From contig CBDIIB010000005.1 in assembly GCA_965279525.1 (NCBI GenBank), positions 704,001 to 768,000 of the forward strand: 64,000 bases of DNA. Reading direction: 5' to 3'. The notes under the pieces were generated by a model that saw only the letters and a list, made by a program, of their open reading frames with translations, searched no databases and was not told where the DNA came from. The DNA is from Tagaea sp. (lineage in GTDB: Bacteria; Pseudomonadota; Alphaproteobacteria; CACIAM-22H2). Of this stretch, positions 21,123-30,698 are shown one piece after another (the first letter of the stretch is position 1; every line of letters begins with the position of its first letter). A program made the position numbers and the translations under genes.

Positions 21123-22325
21123 CTACCAGGCGAGCGGGAGCTCGTGAATGCCGTAAATGAACATGTCGCTCCGGAAGCGAATGTCTTTGAACGGAACGGC
21201 GAGGCGCAGATCGGGAAGTGCTTTGAAAAGACTTTCAAACACGATCTGGAGTTCGGAGCGCGCGAGGACCTGCCCCAGACACTGATGGATTCCGTAGCCG
21301 AACGCGACATGGCTGGATGCGTCGCGCGTGATGTCGAAGCGATCAGGATCGGGAAACATCGCTTCGTCACGGTTCGCGGCGGGGATCGCACAGATGAATC
21401 CATCGCCGGCTTTGAACTGATGTCCGTTAGCCTCAAAATCCTCGCTGGCGACGCGGCGGGCACCCAGATGGAGAACTGTCGTATAGCGGAGGATCTCGTC
21501 GACGGCCTTAGACGCCAAGGAGACGTCCGACTTAAGTAGTGCCAGCTGGTCCGGGTGCTGAAAAAGCAGGGCAAGCCCCAGCGTAACCGTATTCTGAGTT
21601 GTCTGGTGGCCTGCACTCAAAAGCAGCCGGATCGTGCTGATGAGTCCGGCGCGGTCAATATTCCCTGGCAAGAGCTGCTCGTGAACCAGCCGCGAGATGA
21701 TGTCATCGGCCGGCTCCTTCTCTTTCTTGGTGATCATCCCGTCGATGTACTTAAACAGGTCGTCAAGCGACTGGCGAACCTGTTCCGTCGTTGACTTCAG
21801 GTGGAACTGGACACGCGTCGCTTCGTGAAAGAATTCGTGATCCTCGTACGGAACGCCGAGAAGGATCGAGATCACTTCAGTCGGCAGCGGTGCCGCAAAA
21901 TGCTCTACGAAGTCGGCACCCTGCGGAAGCTTCGAGAACTCCGCGATCAGCCGGTCGACGATCGATTGGACGCGCGGACGAAACTGTTCGACCCGCCTGA
22001 CCGTGAACTCCTTCATCACCATACGGCGCAGGCGCGTATGCTCCGGCGGATCCGTCCGGATGAAGGATCGGTCGGCCTGGTCCGAGACTTTTCGGCCTTC
22101 CAGGATATGCGGATAGCCTTCGCGGTTCGCACTCGTGCTGATCGCCGGGTTCGACAGGACGGCGCGGATGTCTTCGAAGCGCGTTAGCAGATACGGAGAC
22201 GTACCATCCCAGATCTTAACTCGCGCATAGGGCTCGTTTGCCTGCAGCTTCTTGTAGGCGTCCGGCGGATGGAAGGGACATGTCCGCGGCATCGGATACG
22301 AAAGTCCTGATTGTTCATCCGCCAT
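21123..22325 (-). CDS. Cytochrome P450 (CYP105-like)
   Basis: DPPEHTRLR, AGHQTT, EILR and heme motif FGYGIHQCLG; SD AAGGAG before ATG 22325. Confidence 0.95.
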   Translation of the reverse strand: MADEQSGLSYPMPRTCPFHPPDAYKKLQANEPYARVKIWDGTSPYLLTRFEDIRAVLSNPAISTSANREGYPHILEGRKVSDQADRSFIRTDPPEHTRLRRMVMKEFTVRRVEQFRPRVQSIVDRLIAEFSKLPQGADFVEHFAAPLPTEVISILLGVPYEDHEFFHEATRVQFHLKSTTEQVRQSLDDLFKYIDGMITKKEKEPADDIISRLVHEQLLPGNIDRAGLISTIRLLLSAGHQTTQNTVTLGLALLFQHPDQLALLKSDVSLASKAVDEILRYTTVLHLGARRVASEDFEANGHQFKAGDGFICAIPAANRDEAMFPDPDRFDITRDASSHVAFGYGIHQCLGQVLARSELQIVFESLFKALPDLRLAVPFKDIRFRSDMFIYGIHELPLAW

Positions 22326-22477
22326 GACAGCTCCTTCGAAATGGAGCGGACCGCCCGCATCGTATGGCGGTCCGTTCGGCTTGCACGCCGAAGATTTCGT
22401 AAGAGCGACAATCCCGCAGCGTTCCCGATAGTGCAATCTTAAAACATTAATAGCTTAGTAGTTAATATATAGGAATT

Positions 22478-23473
22478 TTACGAATTACCACGAGTACCGT
22501 CCCGCTCGATCCATGCGATCAGGCGGCGCAGCCCCTCCTCGATTCCAACCTCGGGCTCCCACCCGAGCAGTGCGCGTGCCTTCTCGCGCGAATAGCCCAG
22601 AGCGTGCGACGTCGTGAAACGTGGCTTGGACGGATCGCGGCGATACTCGGGCCTCACGTCCGTGCCAAGGATGCTCTGGAGGGTCGCGACGGCTTCGTTG
22701 AGCGAGACGTCTCGGCCGGAGACGATGTTCAGCGACTCGCCGGACGCGTCGCTTTCCATCGCGAGGACGTTGGCCCGTGCGACGTCGCCGGCATAGACAT
22801 AGTCATGCGCTTCTTCGCCGTCGTCTGGCAGAACGGGTGCGGCGCCACGACGAAGGGCTCTGTACGCGTCCGTCAAATAAAGGACGTTGATCCCGTGCCC
22901 GTGCTGGCGCTCTCCGTACACTGTCGAGTACCGGAGCGCCATAAAGTTGATTCCATACTTCTGCCGATAGAGCCGCAGTAAGATCTCTGCGACTGTCTTA
23001 GTCGCGGCATACAGCGCGCTTGCCGGCTGAAGTCCCTGCCATGCGAATGGCCGGTCCTCGGTATAGCCGGGGCGTTCGTCCTGTCCGTAGACGGCAATCG
23101 ACGACGAATAGACGACCTTGCGGACTCCCCGATAGCGGCAGGCGTCGAGCACGTTCATCATTCCGCTCACGTTGACGTCGACACCGAGTGATGGATTTTC
23201 GCCAAGCGGCATCGTCAACAAAGCGGCGACCGCGAATACGCCGTCTGCGGCTTCGAACGCCTCATAGAGATCGTTCGGCCGGAGGATGTCGCCACGAATC
23301 AGCCGCGCACGGCCGTCCTTCAGCAACGGCGAGATCGATGCCGCCGATCCGAGGGAAAGGTTATCGAACAGTGTCACACCGGCTGCACCGCATTCCAGCA
23401 ACCGTTCGGCAATATGCGAACCGATCAGACTCGCACCTCCCGTAATGACATACTTCTTGCCCTGCACACCCAT
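22478..23473 (-). CDS. NAD-dependent epimerase/dehydratase (extended SDR)
   Basis: TGGASLIGS, SSIAVYG and YAATK motifs. Confidence 0.88.
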   Translation of the reverse strand: MGVQGKKYVITGGASLIGSHIAERLLECGAAGVTLFDNLSLGSAASISPLLKDGRARLIRGDILRPNDLYEAFEAADGVFAVAALLTMPLGENPSLGVDVNVSGMMNVLDACRYRGVRKVVYSSSIAVYGQDERPGYTEDRPFAWQGLQPASALYAATKTVAEILLRLYRQKYGINFMALRYSTVYGERQHGHGINVLYLTDAYRALRRGAAPVLPDDGEEAHDYVYAGDVARANVLAMESDASGESLNIVSGRDVSLNEAVATLQSILGTDVRPEYRRDPSKPRFTTSHALGYSREKARALLGWEPEVGIEEGLRRLIAWIERDGTRGNS

Positions 23474-23674
23474 TGCCTGAATACCTCACTCATCGCAGTC
23501 GGGCTCCCGGCCCAACACGGCATCAGTCCGCGAAATTGTTCAAATTCACATCGATGCGCCTCGATATCCTTTCGTTGTCGATTTAGACTTGCCTCGACTT
23601 CGGATATTTCCGTCGAGCAAAGCAAGGCGGTCGCCGAAGCCGAATTGATCGAGCCCGGTGAAGGAGTGGCGCAT

Positions 23675-24418
23675 ATGAGTGACGTGAAGTCGGCGAAGCG
23701 GGTTTTCGAATTTCTCGAATACTTCTCCGAAGTTCAGCGTTCGGTGTCCGTCGCTGAGGTCGCGAACAAGTTCAAATATCCCAATTCGAGCGTTTCCTCG
23801 ATTCTCCGAACGATGGTCTCGCTCGGGTATCTCTCCTACGACAGATCCAAGCGCACCTATCTTCCGACGGCACGCCTTCCGTTCCTGTCGACATGGATCG
23901 GGACGCGACTTTTCGAGAAGGAGAACCTGCAGCGGATCATGGAGGATCTGAGCGCCGCCACCGGTGCCGCGATCATGCTGGCCACACTCAACGGCCGCCA
24001 ATGCCAGTATGTCCACATCCTTCCCGCGACAAGCGCCGTACGGCTTCACACCGCGCCCGGATTCCGTCCGCTGGCGCGTACGGCCGCCGGCATTGCCCTG
24101 CTCAGCAAGCTCGACGACGAATACATCAAGAAGCTGATGCGCCGGATTGCAGCGGACGCCCCCAAGGAAACCGTCAAGATCCCGGATCTGATGGCAAAGA
24201 TCTCCGCCGTCCGACGCAAGGGCTATTCGATGTCGATAGGACATATGTTTGCCGGCGGCGGCGCCATCGCCGTTCCGTTGCCGACTACGGCCGATTCGTC
24301 GCCGATGGTTGTCGCGATCGGCAGCGTCGAGTCGCTGCTGATCCGACACGAATCCGAGTATGCCAAACTGATCAAGGCAACGATTGCTAAGCATTTCGGC
24401 CGCAAGGCTGATGAGTAA
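23675..24418 (+). CDS. IclR family regulator
   Basis: VKSAKRVFEFLE HTH, TAAGIALL and VRRKGYS motifs; SD AAGGAG. Confidence 0.9.
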   Translation: MSDVKSAKRVFEFLEYFSEVQRSVSVAEVANKFKYPNSSVSSILRTMVSLGYLSYDRSKRTYLPTARLPFLSTWIGTRLFEKENLQRIMEDLSAATGAAIMLATLNGRQCQYVHILPATSAVRLHTAPGFRPLARTAAGIALLSKLDDEYIKKLMRRIAADAPKETVKIPDLMAKISAVRRKGYSMSIGHMFAGGGAIAVPLPTTADSSPMVVAIGSVESLLIRHESEYAKLIKATIAKHFGRKADE

Positions 24419-24420
24419 GG

Positions 24421-26142
24421 TCACGGCGGAGATGCGAGCATGTGTTGCACAGCCCGGTAGGCAAAGACGATCCCTGGCCCGAGATTGATGCCGCCGCCGG
24501 GATAGTATCCGCGCATGATCGACGCCAGATCCGTGCCGCAGGCATAGAGACCGGTCAAAGCATCACCGTTGGCGGCAACGACTTCAGCATCCCCTGTCGT
24601 CTTAAGACCTACCGCCGTACCGAGCGTGGCAGGATGGATCTTCAGTGCAATGAACGGCGGCTTCTCGATCGGAACGAGATTTGGATTTGGCCGGTCTGTC
24701 GCGTCGCCAAACTGCCTGTTGTAGGCGTTCGAGCCACGCCCGAACTCGCGATCGACGCCTTCGCGCGTAAAGACGTTGTAAGCGGCGATTGTGTCCACGA
24801 GACCAGAGGCGTTGACGCCGATCCGGTCCGCCAGTTCGCCGATCGATTCGGCAGCCGTGATGTAGCCGGACTTGACGAAAGGCCGAATGCTCGGTGTGAT
24901 CGGAAACGGGCGCATTAGCCCGAGGCCGTACTTCCGAACGAAGTTTATGTCACATACGAAATGGAAGTTCGCGCCAAGCCCGCGCTTCTGCTGATGAAGC
25001 GCCATGACGATATCATGATACGAGTTCGACTCATTGACGAACCGGCGCCCGTCCGGATCGACCGCAATTACGCCGGGACGGCCGCGATCGAGATATCCGT
25101 ACATGACGGTCGTCTCCTTGCCGTCGCGGCCGGTCAGTGCGGATGCAGGCGTCCATAGGCCGGTGCTGGCAAGTTCGGTATCGATCGAGGCACCCGCCGC
25201 CAGTGCCGCCTTGATGCCGTCGCCGACGTTACCGGCGAATGCCATCGTGTGCTTGTGTGGGAAGTCCTTGCTCAAATCCTTGTGCATGTCGAAGTTCCGC
25301 GGGAACCCGCCCGTCGCCAAGACGACGCCGCGGCGCGCACGGACTCTGACCGACTGCCCGTTCCGAGTGAGGACTGCACCGACGACACGGCCGTGCTCGG
25401 TCACGAGGCTTGAAAGGGGCGACGACGTCCATATCCGCGCATCCGTCTTGCGGAGGCTGAAAAGAAACCGGGCGACCAGCGCATTGCCGTTCCGGATGTC
25501 AGTTCCCCGCCGATACCTCAACCGGTCGATGGCATAGCGGCCAAGCTTCTTCGTGACGCGCTTGAACGCGCCGACCGAACGGAACGGATTCAGGAAGTCC
25601 TGGATTTCGTCCGGCGAGACCATGAGGCCGCCAAGAATCATCAGGCGATGGATCGGCGTTCTGACGAGATCGAAATCCTTACCAAGGGTCCTGCCGTCGA
25701 ACGGACGGGTCACGAGGGATCGGCCCTTGTCCATCCCGCCTTCTCGGTCGGGATGATAATCTGGCCAGTCGATCAGGTTGAACTGGACGTCCGTATTTGC
25801 GGCAAGGAATTCGACGGCCTCATTGCAGCTATCAAGATAGCCATCTATCAGATCGGCCCGGTAGAGATTGCCCAGCTCACCCTTCAGATAGCTTTTTGCT
25901 TTCTCGCGCGAGTCGCCGTATCCAGCAGCACGCGCTTGTGCGTTGTTCGGAATCCAGATGATTCCGCCCGACGTGGCCGTCGTGCCGCCAAGCTGGTCGC
26001 TCTTCTCGCACAGGATCGTCTCAAGACCCTGCTTTGCCGAGAAGAGGGCCGCAGCAAGGCCGCCGACGCCGCTACCGAACACGACGACATCCGCCGCTTC
26101 GTCCCAGTGACCTGCGGGGCCACTGTCTTTTGTGTGGTTCAT
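24421..26142 (-). CDS. FAD-dependent oxidoreductase (3-ketosteroid dehydrogenase/FAD_binding_2-like)
   Basis: GSGVGG, GGTTATSGG, VVLATGGF, RFVNE and YPGGGINLG motifs. Confidence 0.87.
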   Translation of the reverse strand: MNHTKDSGPAGHWDEAADVVVFGSGVGGLAAALFSAKQGLETILCEKSDQLGGTTATSGGIIWIPNNAQARAAGYGDSREKAKSYLKGELGNLYRADLIDGYLDSCNEAVEFLAANTDVQFNLIDWPDYHPDREGGMDKGRSLVTRPFDGRTLGKDFDLVRTPIHRLMILGGLMVSPDEIQDFLNPFRSVGAFKRVTKKLGRYAIDRLRYRRGTDIRNGNALVARFLFSLRKTDARIWTSSPLSSLVTEHGRVVGAVLTRNGQSVRVRARRGVVLATGGFPRNFDMHKDLSKDFPHKHTMAFAGNVGDGIKAALAAGASIDTELASTGLWTPASALTGRDGKETTVMYGYLDRGRPGVIAVDPDGRRFVNESNSYHDIVMALHQQKRGLGANFHFVCDINFVRKYGLGLMRPFPITPSIRPFVKSGYITAAESIGELADRIGVNASGLVDTIAAYNVFTREGVDREFGRGSNAYNRQFGDATDRPNPNLVPIEKPPFIALKIHPATLGTAVGLKTTGDAEVVAANGDALTGLYACGTDLASIMRGYYPGGGINLGPGIVFAYRAVQHMLASPP

Positions 26143-27758
26143 CGATCCACCGCGACGGTAACGGCGCGGTTGTATCCCCAGGGCATGGCGAGTGCCGACT
26201 GCACTCCCAAGCCGCCCGCGACGACAACATAGATATCCTTGGCGCTGTGGACGATCGGAACGCGTTCGAGGGAGTGGAATTCTTTGGGCCAGCTTGGCCG
26301 GATCCCGCGATTGGCAGTATGGCTACGTGGGACGCGCGCATTCTCGAATATGTAGTTCTGGATGTCGCGCTTGCCCCAACCGTTCTTGGCAAGGATGCGC
26401 GCATGCTCTCGACTTAGGATCACGAACAGGTCGCCGGCCGTAAACGCGTTGTTCGATGCACCGTTGGCGGCGGCCAGGACGAACCCGCGCAGGAGATTGT
26501 CAGGCGACTGGCTGACCTGATCGAGGATGTTGTGCGGAGCTTCGCACTTCGCGATCGTTACCGTACCGTTCTTGCTTCCGAAATCTTCGCACAGCGGAGG
26601 CCACGGGCTGTCATCCGCCTCGGCGAAGCAGTAGCTGATTTCGGCGGGCGTCCCGAGCACACCGAGATCGCCACGGCCGATCAGCGCGCGGCCGACATTG
26701 TTCGCGACAAGCGTCAGTGTGCGTCCGACTGCGAGGTTTGCCCGGTTTACGGCACCCGGGCCAAGACAGCCGGGGCCAGAGTTGATGCCAGCCTTGTGCG
26801 CTATCGGACCGCTGACGAGGAGGAGATTTCCCGATCCGTGTGTCGTCATGTTCGCGGCGGAGAAACGGTACCGCGGCTGCGAAGCCGCCCGGATTGCCGC
26901 CACCACGACCGGGAACTGGGCCGGCTCGCATCCGGCAAGTGCGGCGTTAGCGGCAAGGTCGCGAACGGTCAGCGGCGCGCCGGATGGTTCGAGCAATTCG
27001 ATCAGGACATCGTCCGCCGCAAGTGGCACGGATCCGACAAGCGCATCGACCTTACTCGATTCCGGCGGCAAGACCGGAAGGCCGTCGCCAAGTCCGTCGG
27101 CATTCATCGCCTCGAAGAGCTCGCCGGCCGGCATATCGAGCGTTCCTGATGCATTCTGCGCCGGAAGACGCGCTGCTCCGCCGGAAGCGCCTTGGCCGGT
27201 CGCGCCGCTGCCCTTTGCGAGGGCGTCGAGTATCGGGCCGGCGATTTCCTCGGCAATCTTCTTTGCGTCGGCATCGGCAGCGATCTGTGGAGCATCGAGC
27301 ATCAATAGCGGCAGCTGAACGCCGCGGCTTTCCGACATCGCGAGACCAAGCTGGATACCGATCGTCGTGCATAGCGACACCGTTCGGATCCCCGCATTCT
27401 CGAGTGCCAGCGCCAGCGCAATCGTCGGGAACGTCACGCCGACATCGCATATCGTCAGGACGACGGCCGTCGGCTTGGCTGCGATCAGCCGGGCCAGAAG
27501 CTCCTGGAACTCCGCCGGCTCGGGATTAAGGTGGCTGTATCCGCCGTCGCTCTCATAGTGGAACGGGGCCAGATCGACACCAAGTCGGCGCAGCGCTCCG
27601 TCAAGTTCGCTGAACAGCGGAAAGAAGGAGCCAAACTCCGGATGGCACTTGCCGTTGTCGAACAGGATTACCCGTCCCCGAACGGTGCCGTCGCGCCGCG
27701 CCAGTTTCATCTGCTGTGCGCTGCTGCGCTTGCCGCGCGGATCGATCATTACGGACAT
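26139..27758 (-). CDS. UGSC-family-like fused hypothetical protein
   Basis: LFDNGK, LENAGIRTV, GDGLPVLPP, ANAALAGC and RANLAVGR motifs recalled from UGSC (seleno)protein families. Confidence 0.6.
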   Translation of the reverse strand: MSVMIDPRGKRSSAQQMKLARRDGTVRGRVILFDNGKCHPEFGSFFPLFSELDGALRRLGVDLAPFHYESDGGYSHLNPEPAEFQELLARLIAAKPTAVVLTICDVGVTFPTIALALALENAGIRTVSLCTTIGIQLGLAMSESRGVQLPLLMLDAPQIAADADAKKIAEEIAGPILDALAKGSGATGQGASGGAARLPAQNASGTLDMPAGELFEAMNADGLGDGLPVLPPESSKVDALVGSVPLAADDVLIELLEPSGAPLTVRDLAANAALAGCEPAQFPVVVAAIRAASQPRYRFSAANMTTHGSGNLLLVSGPIAHKAGINSGPGCLGPGAVNRANLAVGRTLTLVANNVGRALIGRGDLGVLGTPAEISYCFAEADDSPWPPLCEDFGSKNGTVTIAKCEAPHNILDQVSQSPDNLLRGFVLAAANGASNNAFTAGDLFVILSREHARILAKNGWGKRDIQNYIFENARVPRSHTANRGIRPSWPKEFHSLERVPIVHSAKDIYVVVAGGLGVQSALAMPWGYNRAVTVAVDR

Positions 27759-28002
27759 CTACGAGGTTCCAATCTTTTTCCATGACTTGACGGATTGTCC
27801 GTCGATAGGTTGCTTCGCTTCATTCACTTGCACTTGCGGTGGGGCATTCGTGACGTGCTGCCGGCATCGTGCGGATGTCGAAGCAACTATTGCTCTCGCG
27901 TGAGTGCCTATAAATCAAAAACATGGATGCAAGCATAGTTCACATATAGAGCGTTTCATTTTTTGAGAGGACGCACGAGCTCTCGCATGTCCACGTGGCC
28001 AG

Positions 28003-28956
28003 TTAGCGGCTGAAATTTGGTTTCAGACCTGCGCGCGGCCACCGCGTCTTCGCGAGCCGTCCGGTGGCACTCAGCGTGACGAAGGCAGTCTGCATATCAG
28101 CACCTCCGAAGCAGAGATTCGTGACGAGAAAATCTGGGTAGGCGAACTGCTCGACGATCTCGCCCGATGGAGAAAAGACTGTGACGCCGCCATCCATGAG
28201 TGTACCGACGCAGATGTTTCCGTTCTCTTCGATCGCAATGGAATCGAGGAGCCGGTAGCCCGGAACGCTTCCCACGAATTTTCCGCCATGCGGCGACGGG
28301 AATGGCTCGCGCTCGATCTCGCCTGGGCCGACGATCTTGAAGCTCCAGACGCGCCCCGTCGCCGTTTCGGCGTAATAAAGGGTCTTCTCGTCAGGCGAGA
28401 GTCCGATGCCGTTTGGATGCGGATGGATGACCGGATGGACGACGCGCCGGATAAAAGATCCATCGGCCTTCGCATAGAACAGCGATCCGTGATCGCGATC
28501 GTTCTCGCGGACCTTGCCCGAGTCCGTGAACCAAAATCCGCCGCTACGATCAAAGACGAGATCGTTCGGCCCGCGAAGCGGCCCTTCGGGACTGCGGTCG
28601 TAGAGGATCTTGACCGCACCGGTCGACAGGTCGACGCGCTCAATGCGCCCGCCCGAGTAGTCGGCAGGCTGGCCGGCAACGGCCCAGCCATAACCCGGGT
28701 GGTTGTGCCACTTGAAGCCGCCGCTGTTGGTTATGTAGCAATGCCCATCAGGACCGAGGGCAGCGCCATTGGGGCTTCCGCCGAGTGTCGCTATCGGCTG
28801 GATGGTGCCCTCTGCGGTCACGCGCGAAAGGCGGCCGGCGGAAATCTCGACAACGATCAGGCTTCCGTCGGAAAGCGCGATCGGTCCTTCCGGGAAGGAC
28901 AGGCCCGATGCGATGACTTCGAATTCGGCCGGGGGCGTGTCGACTGTTTTCTTCAT
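28003..28956 (-). CDS. SMP-30/gluconolactonase family protein
   Basis: FPEGP, PNG, PNDL and TNLCFGG motifs; ATGA overlap with upstream gene. Confidence 0.9.
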   Translation of the reverse strand: MKKTVDTPPAEFEVIASGLSFPEGPIALSDGSLIVVEISAGRLSRVTAEGTIQPIATLGGSPNGAALGPDGHCYITNSGGFKWHNHPGYGWAVAGQPADYSGGRIERVDLSTGAVKILYDRSPEGPLRGPNDLVFDRSGGFWFTDSGKVRENDRDHGSLFYAKADGSFIRRVVHPVIHPHPNGIGLSPDEKTLYYAETATGRVWSFKIVGPGEIEREPFPSPHGGKFVGSVPGYRLLDSIAIEENGNICVGTLMDGGVTVFSPSGEIVEQFAYPDFLVTNLCFGGADMQTAFVTLSATGRLAKTRWPRAGLKPNFSR

Positions 28957-30698
28957 CCTGGGACTCCGGTCGATTCGAGTTGGTCGTGCATGGGTGTTCC
29001 GATGGACTCGTTGCTGCCGGCCAGATGCCGGGCGGCGATGTATCCGAACGTCATGGCCGGCCCGATACCGGAACCTCCGCCGATATAGTGCCCGCCCATG
29101 ACATGTGACATGTCGTTCCCGGCTGCATAGAGACCGTCGATCGGCGTCCCATCCCTCTTCAGGACGCGTGCGAACTCGTCGGTCGCCACGCCTTCGAAGG
29201 TTCCGAGCTCGCCCATCTCGATGCGCACCGCATAGAACGGCCCGTTCTCCAGCGGTGCAACGCAAGGGTTGGGCTGGTGATGGGGGTCGCCGGTATATCT
29301 GTTGTAGGCCGAGCTACCGCGGCCATATGCCGTGTCCTTTCCGTCCCGCGCGCCCGAATTGAACGTCTCGACGGTCTGCACGAACGCGTCAGGGTCGATG
29401 CCGGCATTCTGCGCAAGCTCGCGCAGCGTGCGGCCCCGGATCAGATAGCCGGATCGCAGATAGGGGAAGAGCGGTACCGGTGCCGGCTTCGCAAAGCCGA
29501 TCCCGTAACGGCGGATGGCTTTATGGTCTGCGACCAGGAAGCACTTGTGCTCCTGTTTGCCGAACCCTGCCGCGATCAGGCCGCGACCGAACTCGTGATA
29601 TGAATGGCTTTCGTTGGCAAAACGGTGGCCAGAACCAGTAACCGCGATGAAGCCGGGCTTCTGCCGATCGATGAGGTGCGGGAACACGCCCTCACGACCG
29701 CCAGCATAGCGGACTACCGATACGGGCGCCCAGCAGGCCGCATCCGCAAGCTCCGGGACATGGGCGCCCATCCTCTCCGCCATCCGGATGCCGTCCCCGG
29801 TGAGTGCGGCCGGTGCCGGCGAGCGATGCTCTGTTCCCGTAGGTGCGTGCGGGTAGCGCAACTTCCGACGGGCGATGTCGTGGGGAAACCCGCCTGCAGC
29901 CAGCACGACGCCAAGGCGCGCCGAGATATCCTCGTCGCCGGCCGGGCCGCGGCAGCGCACGCCACGTATCCGGCCGTCGTCGTGCAGAAGGTCGGTCACA
30001 TGCGAAGAGGTCCGGACGACGACGCCCGCATCAAGCGACGCCTTGAGCAGATGGGCGATCAGCGCATTCCCACCCGCAAGATCCATCGACCGCCCGTGAC
30101 GGATCTTGTCCAGAAGCAGAAGGAACAGCCTGCGCGTGACGAACGCAAATGATTCGAATGACCGGAATACGTTGAGGAAGTGGCGAAGATCCGAGGCCGG
30201 CCGCATCATCATGCCGAGAAATGTCGTTTCCCGTAGGGGCGGACGAAGTATGTCCAGCTGAACGCCAAGATCCCGTGCATCGAAGGATGCCGGCAACAGC
30301 ATCCGTCCACCGTTCGTACCGCCCGGTTCGTCGGGATAGTAGTCCGGCCTGTCGGCCGCGACGACGAATCGGATTCCGGCTTTCGATTCCAGAAACTCGA
30401 TCATGGCCGGAGCGGCCGAGATGAAGGCCTCGGCCCGTCGGGCATCATGATCCCGGCCGGTAACGGCACGGAAGTACGTGCGCGCGGCGTCGAGCGTGTC
30501 GGCGATGCCCTTACGGTGCGCCACTGTGCTGGCTGGAACCCAGATGCCGCCTCCGGAGATCGCCGTCGTACCGCCGACCTGCCGGTCCTTCTCGAGGACG
30601 AGCACTTCGAGACCGTGAATCCGCGCGACGAGTGCTGCCGTCAACGCGGCCGCCCCGGATCCGACAACCACTACATCAGGGACGGCGTCCCGGGTCAT
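28953..30698 (-). CDS. FAD-dependent oxidoreductase (3-ketosteroid dehydrogenase/FAD_binding_2-like), second paralogue
   Basis: GSGAAA, GGTTAISGG, RFANE, GLYAAGND and GPAMTFG motifs; ATGA overlap. Confidence 0.87.
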   Translation of the reverse strand: MTRDAVPDVVVVGSGAAALTAALVARIHGLEVLVLEKDRQVGGTTAISGGGIWVPASTVAHRKGIADTLDAARTYFRAVTGRDHDARRAEAFISAAPAMIEFLESKAGIRFVVAADRPDYYPDEPGGTNGGRMLLPASFDARDLGVQLDILRPPLRETTFLGMMMRPASDLRHFLNVFRSFESFAFVTRRLFLLLLDKIRHGRSMDLAGGNALIAHLLKASLDAGVVVRTSSHVTDLLHDDGRIRGVRCRGPAGDEDISARLGVVLAAGGFPHDIARRKLRYPHAPTGTEHRSPAPAALTGDGIRMAERMGAHVPELADAACWAPVSVVRYAGGREGVFPHLIDRQKPGFIAVTGSGHRFANESHSYHEFGRGLIAAGFGKQEHKCFLVADHKAIRRYGIGFAKPAPVPLFPYLRSGYLIRGRTLRELAQNAGIDPDAFVQTVETFNSGARDGKDTAYGRGSSAYNRYTGDPHHQPNPCVAPLENGPFYAVRIEMGELGTFEGVATDEFARVLKRDGTPIDGLYAAGNDMSHVMGGHYIGGGSGIGPAMTFGYIAARHLAGSNESIGTPMHDQLESTGVPG

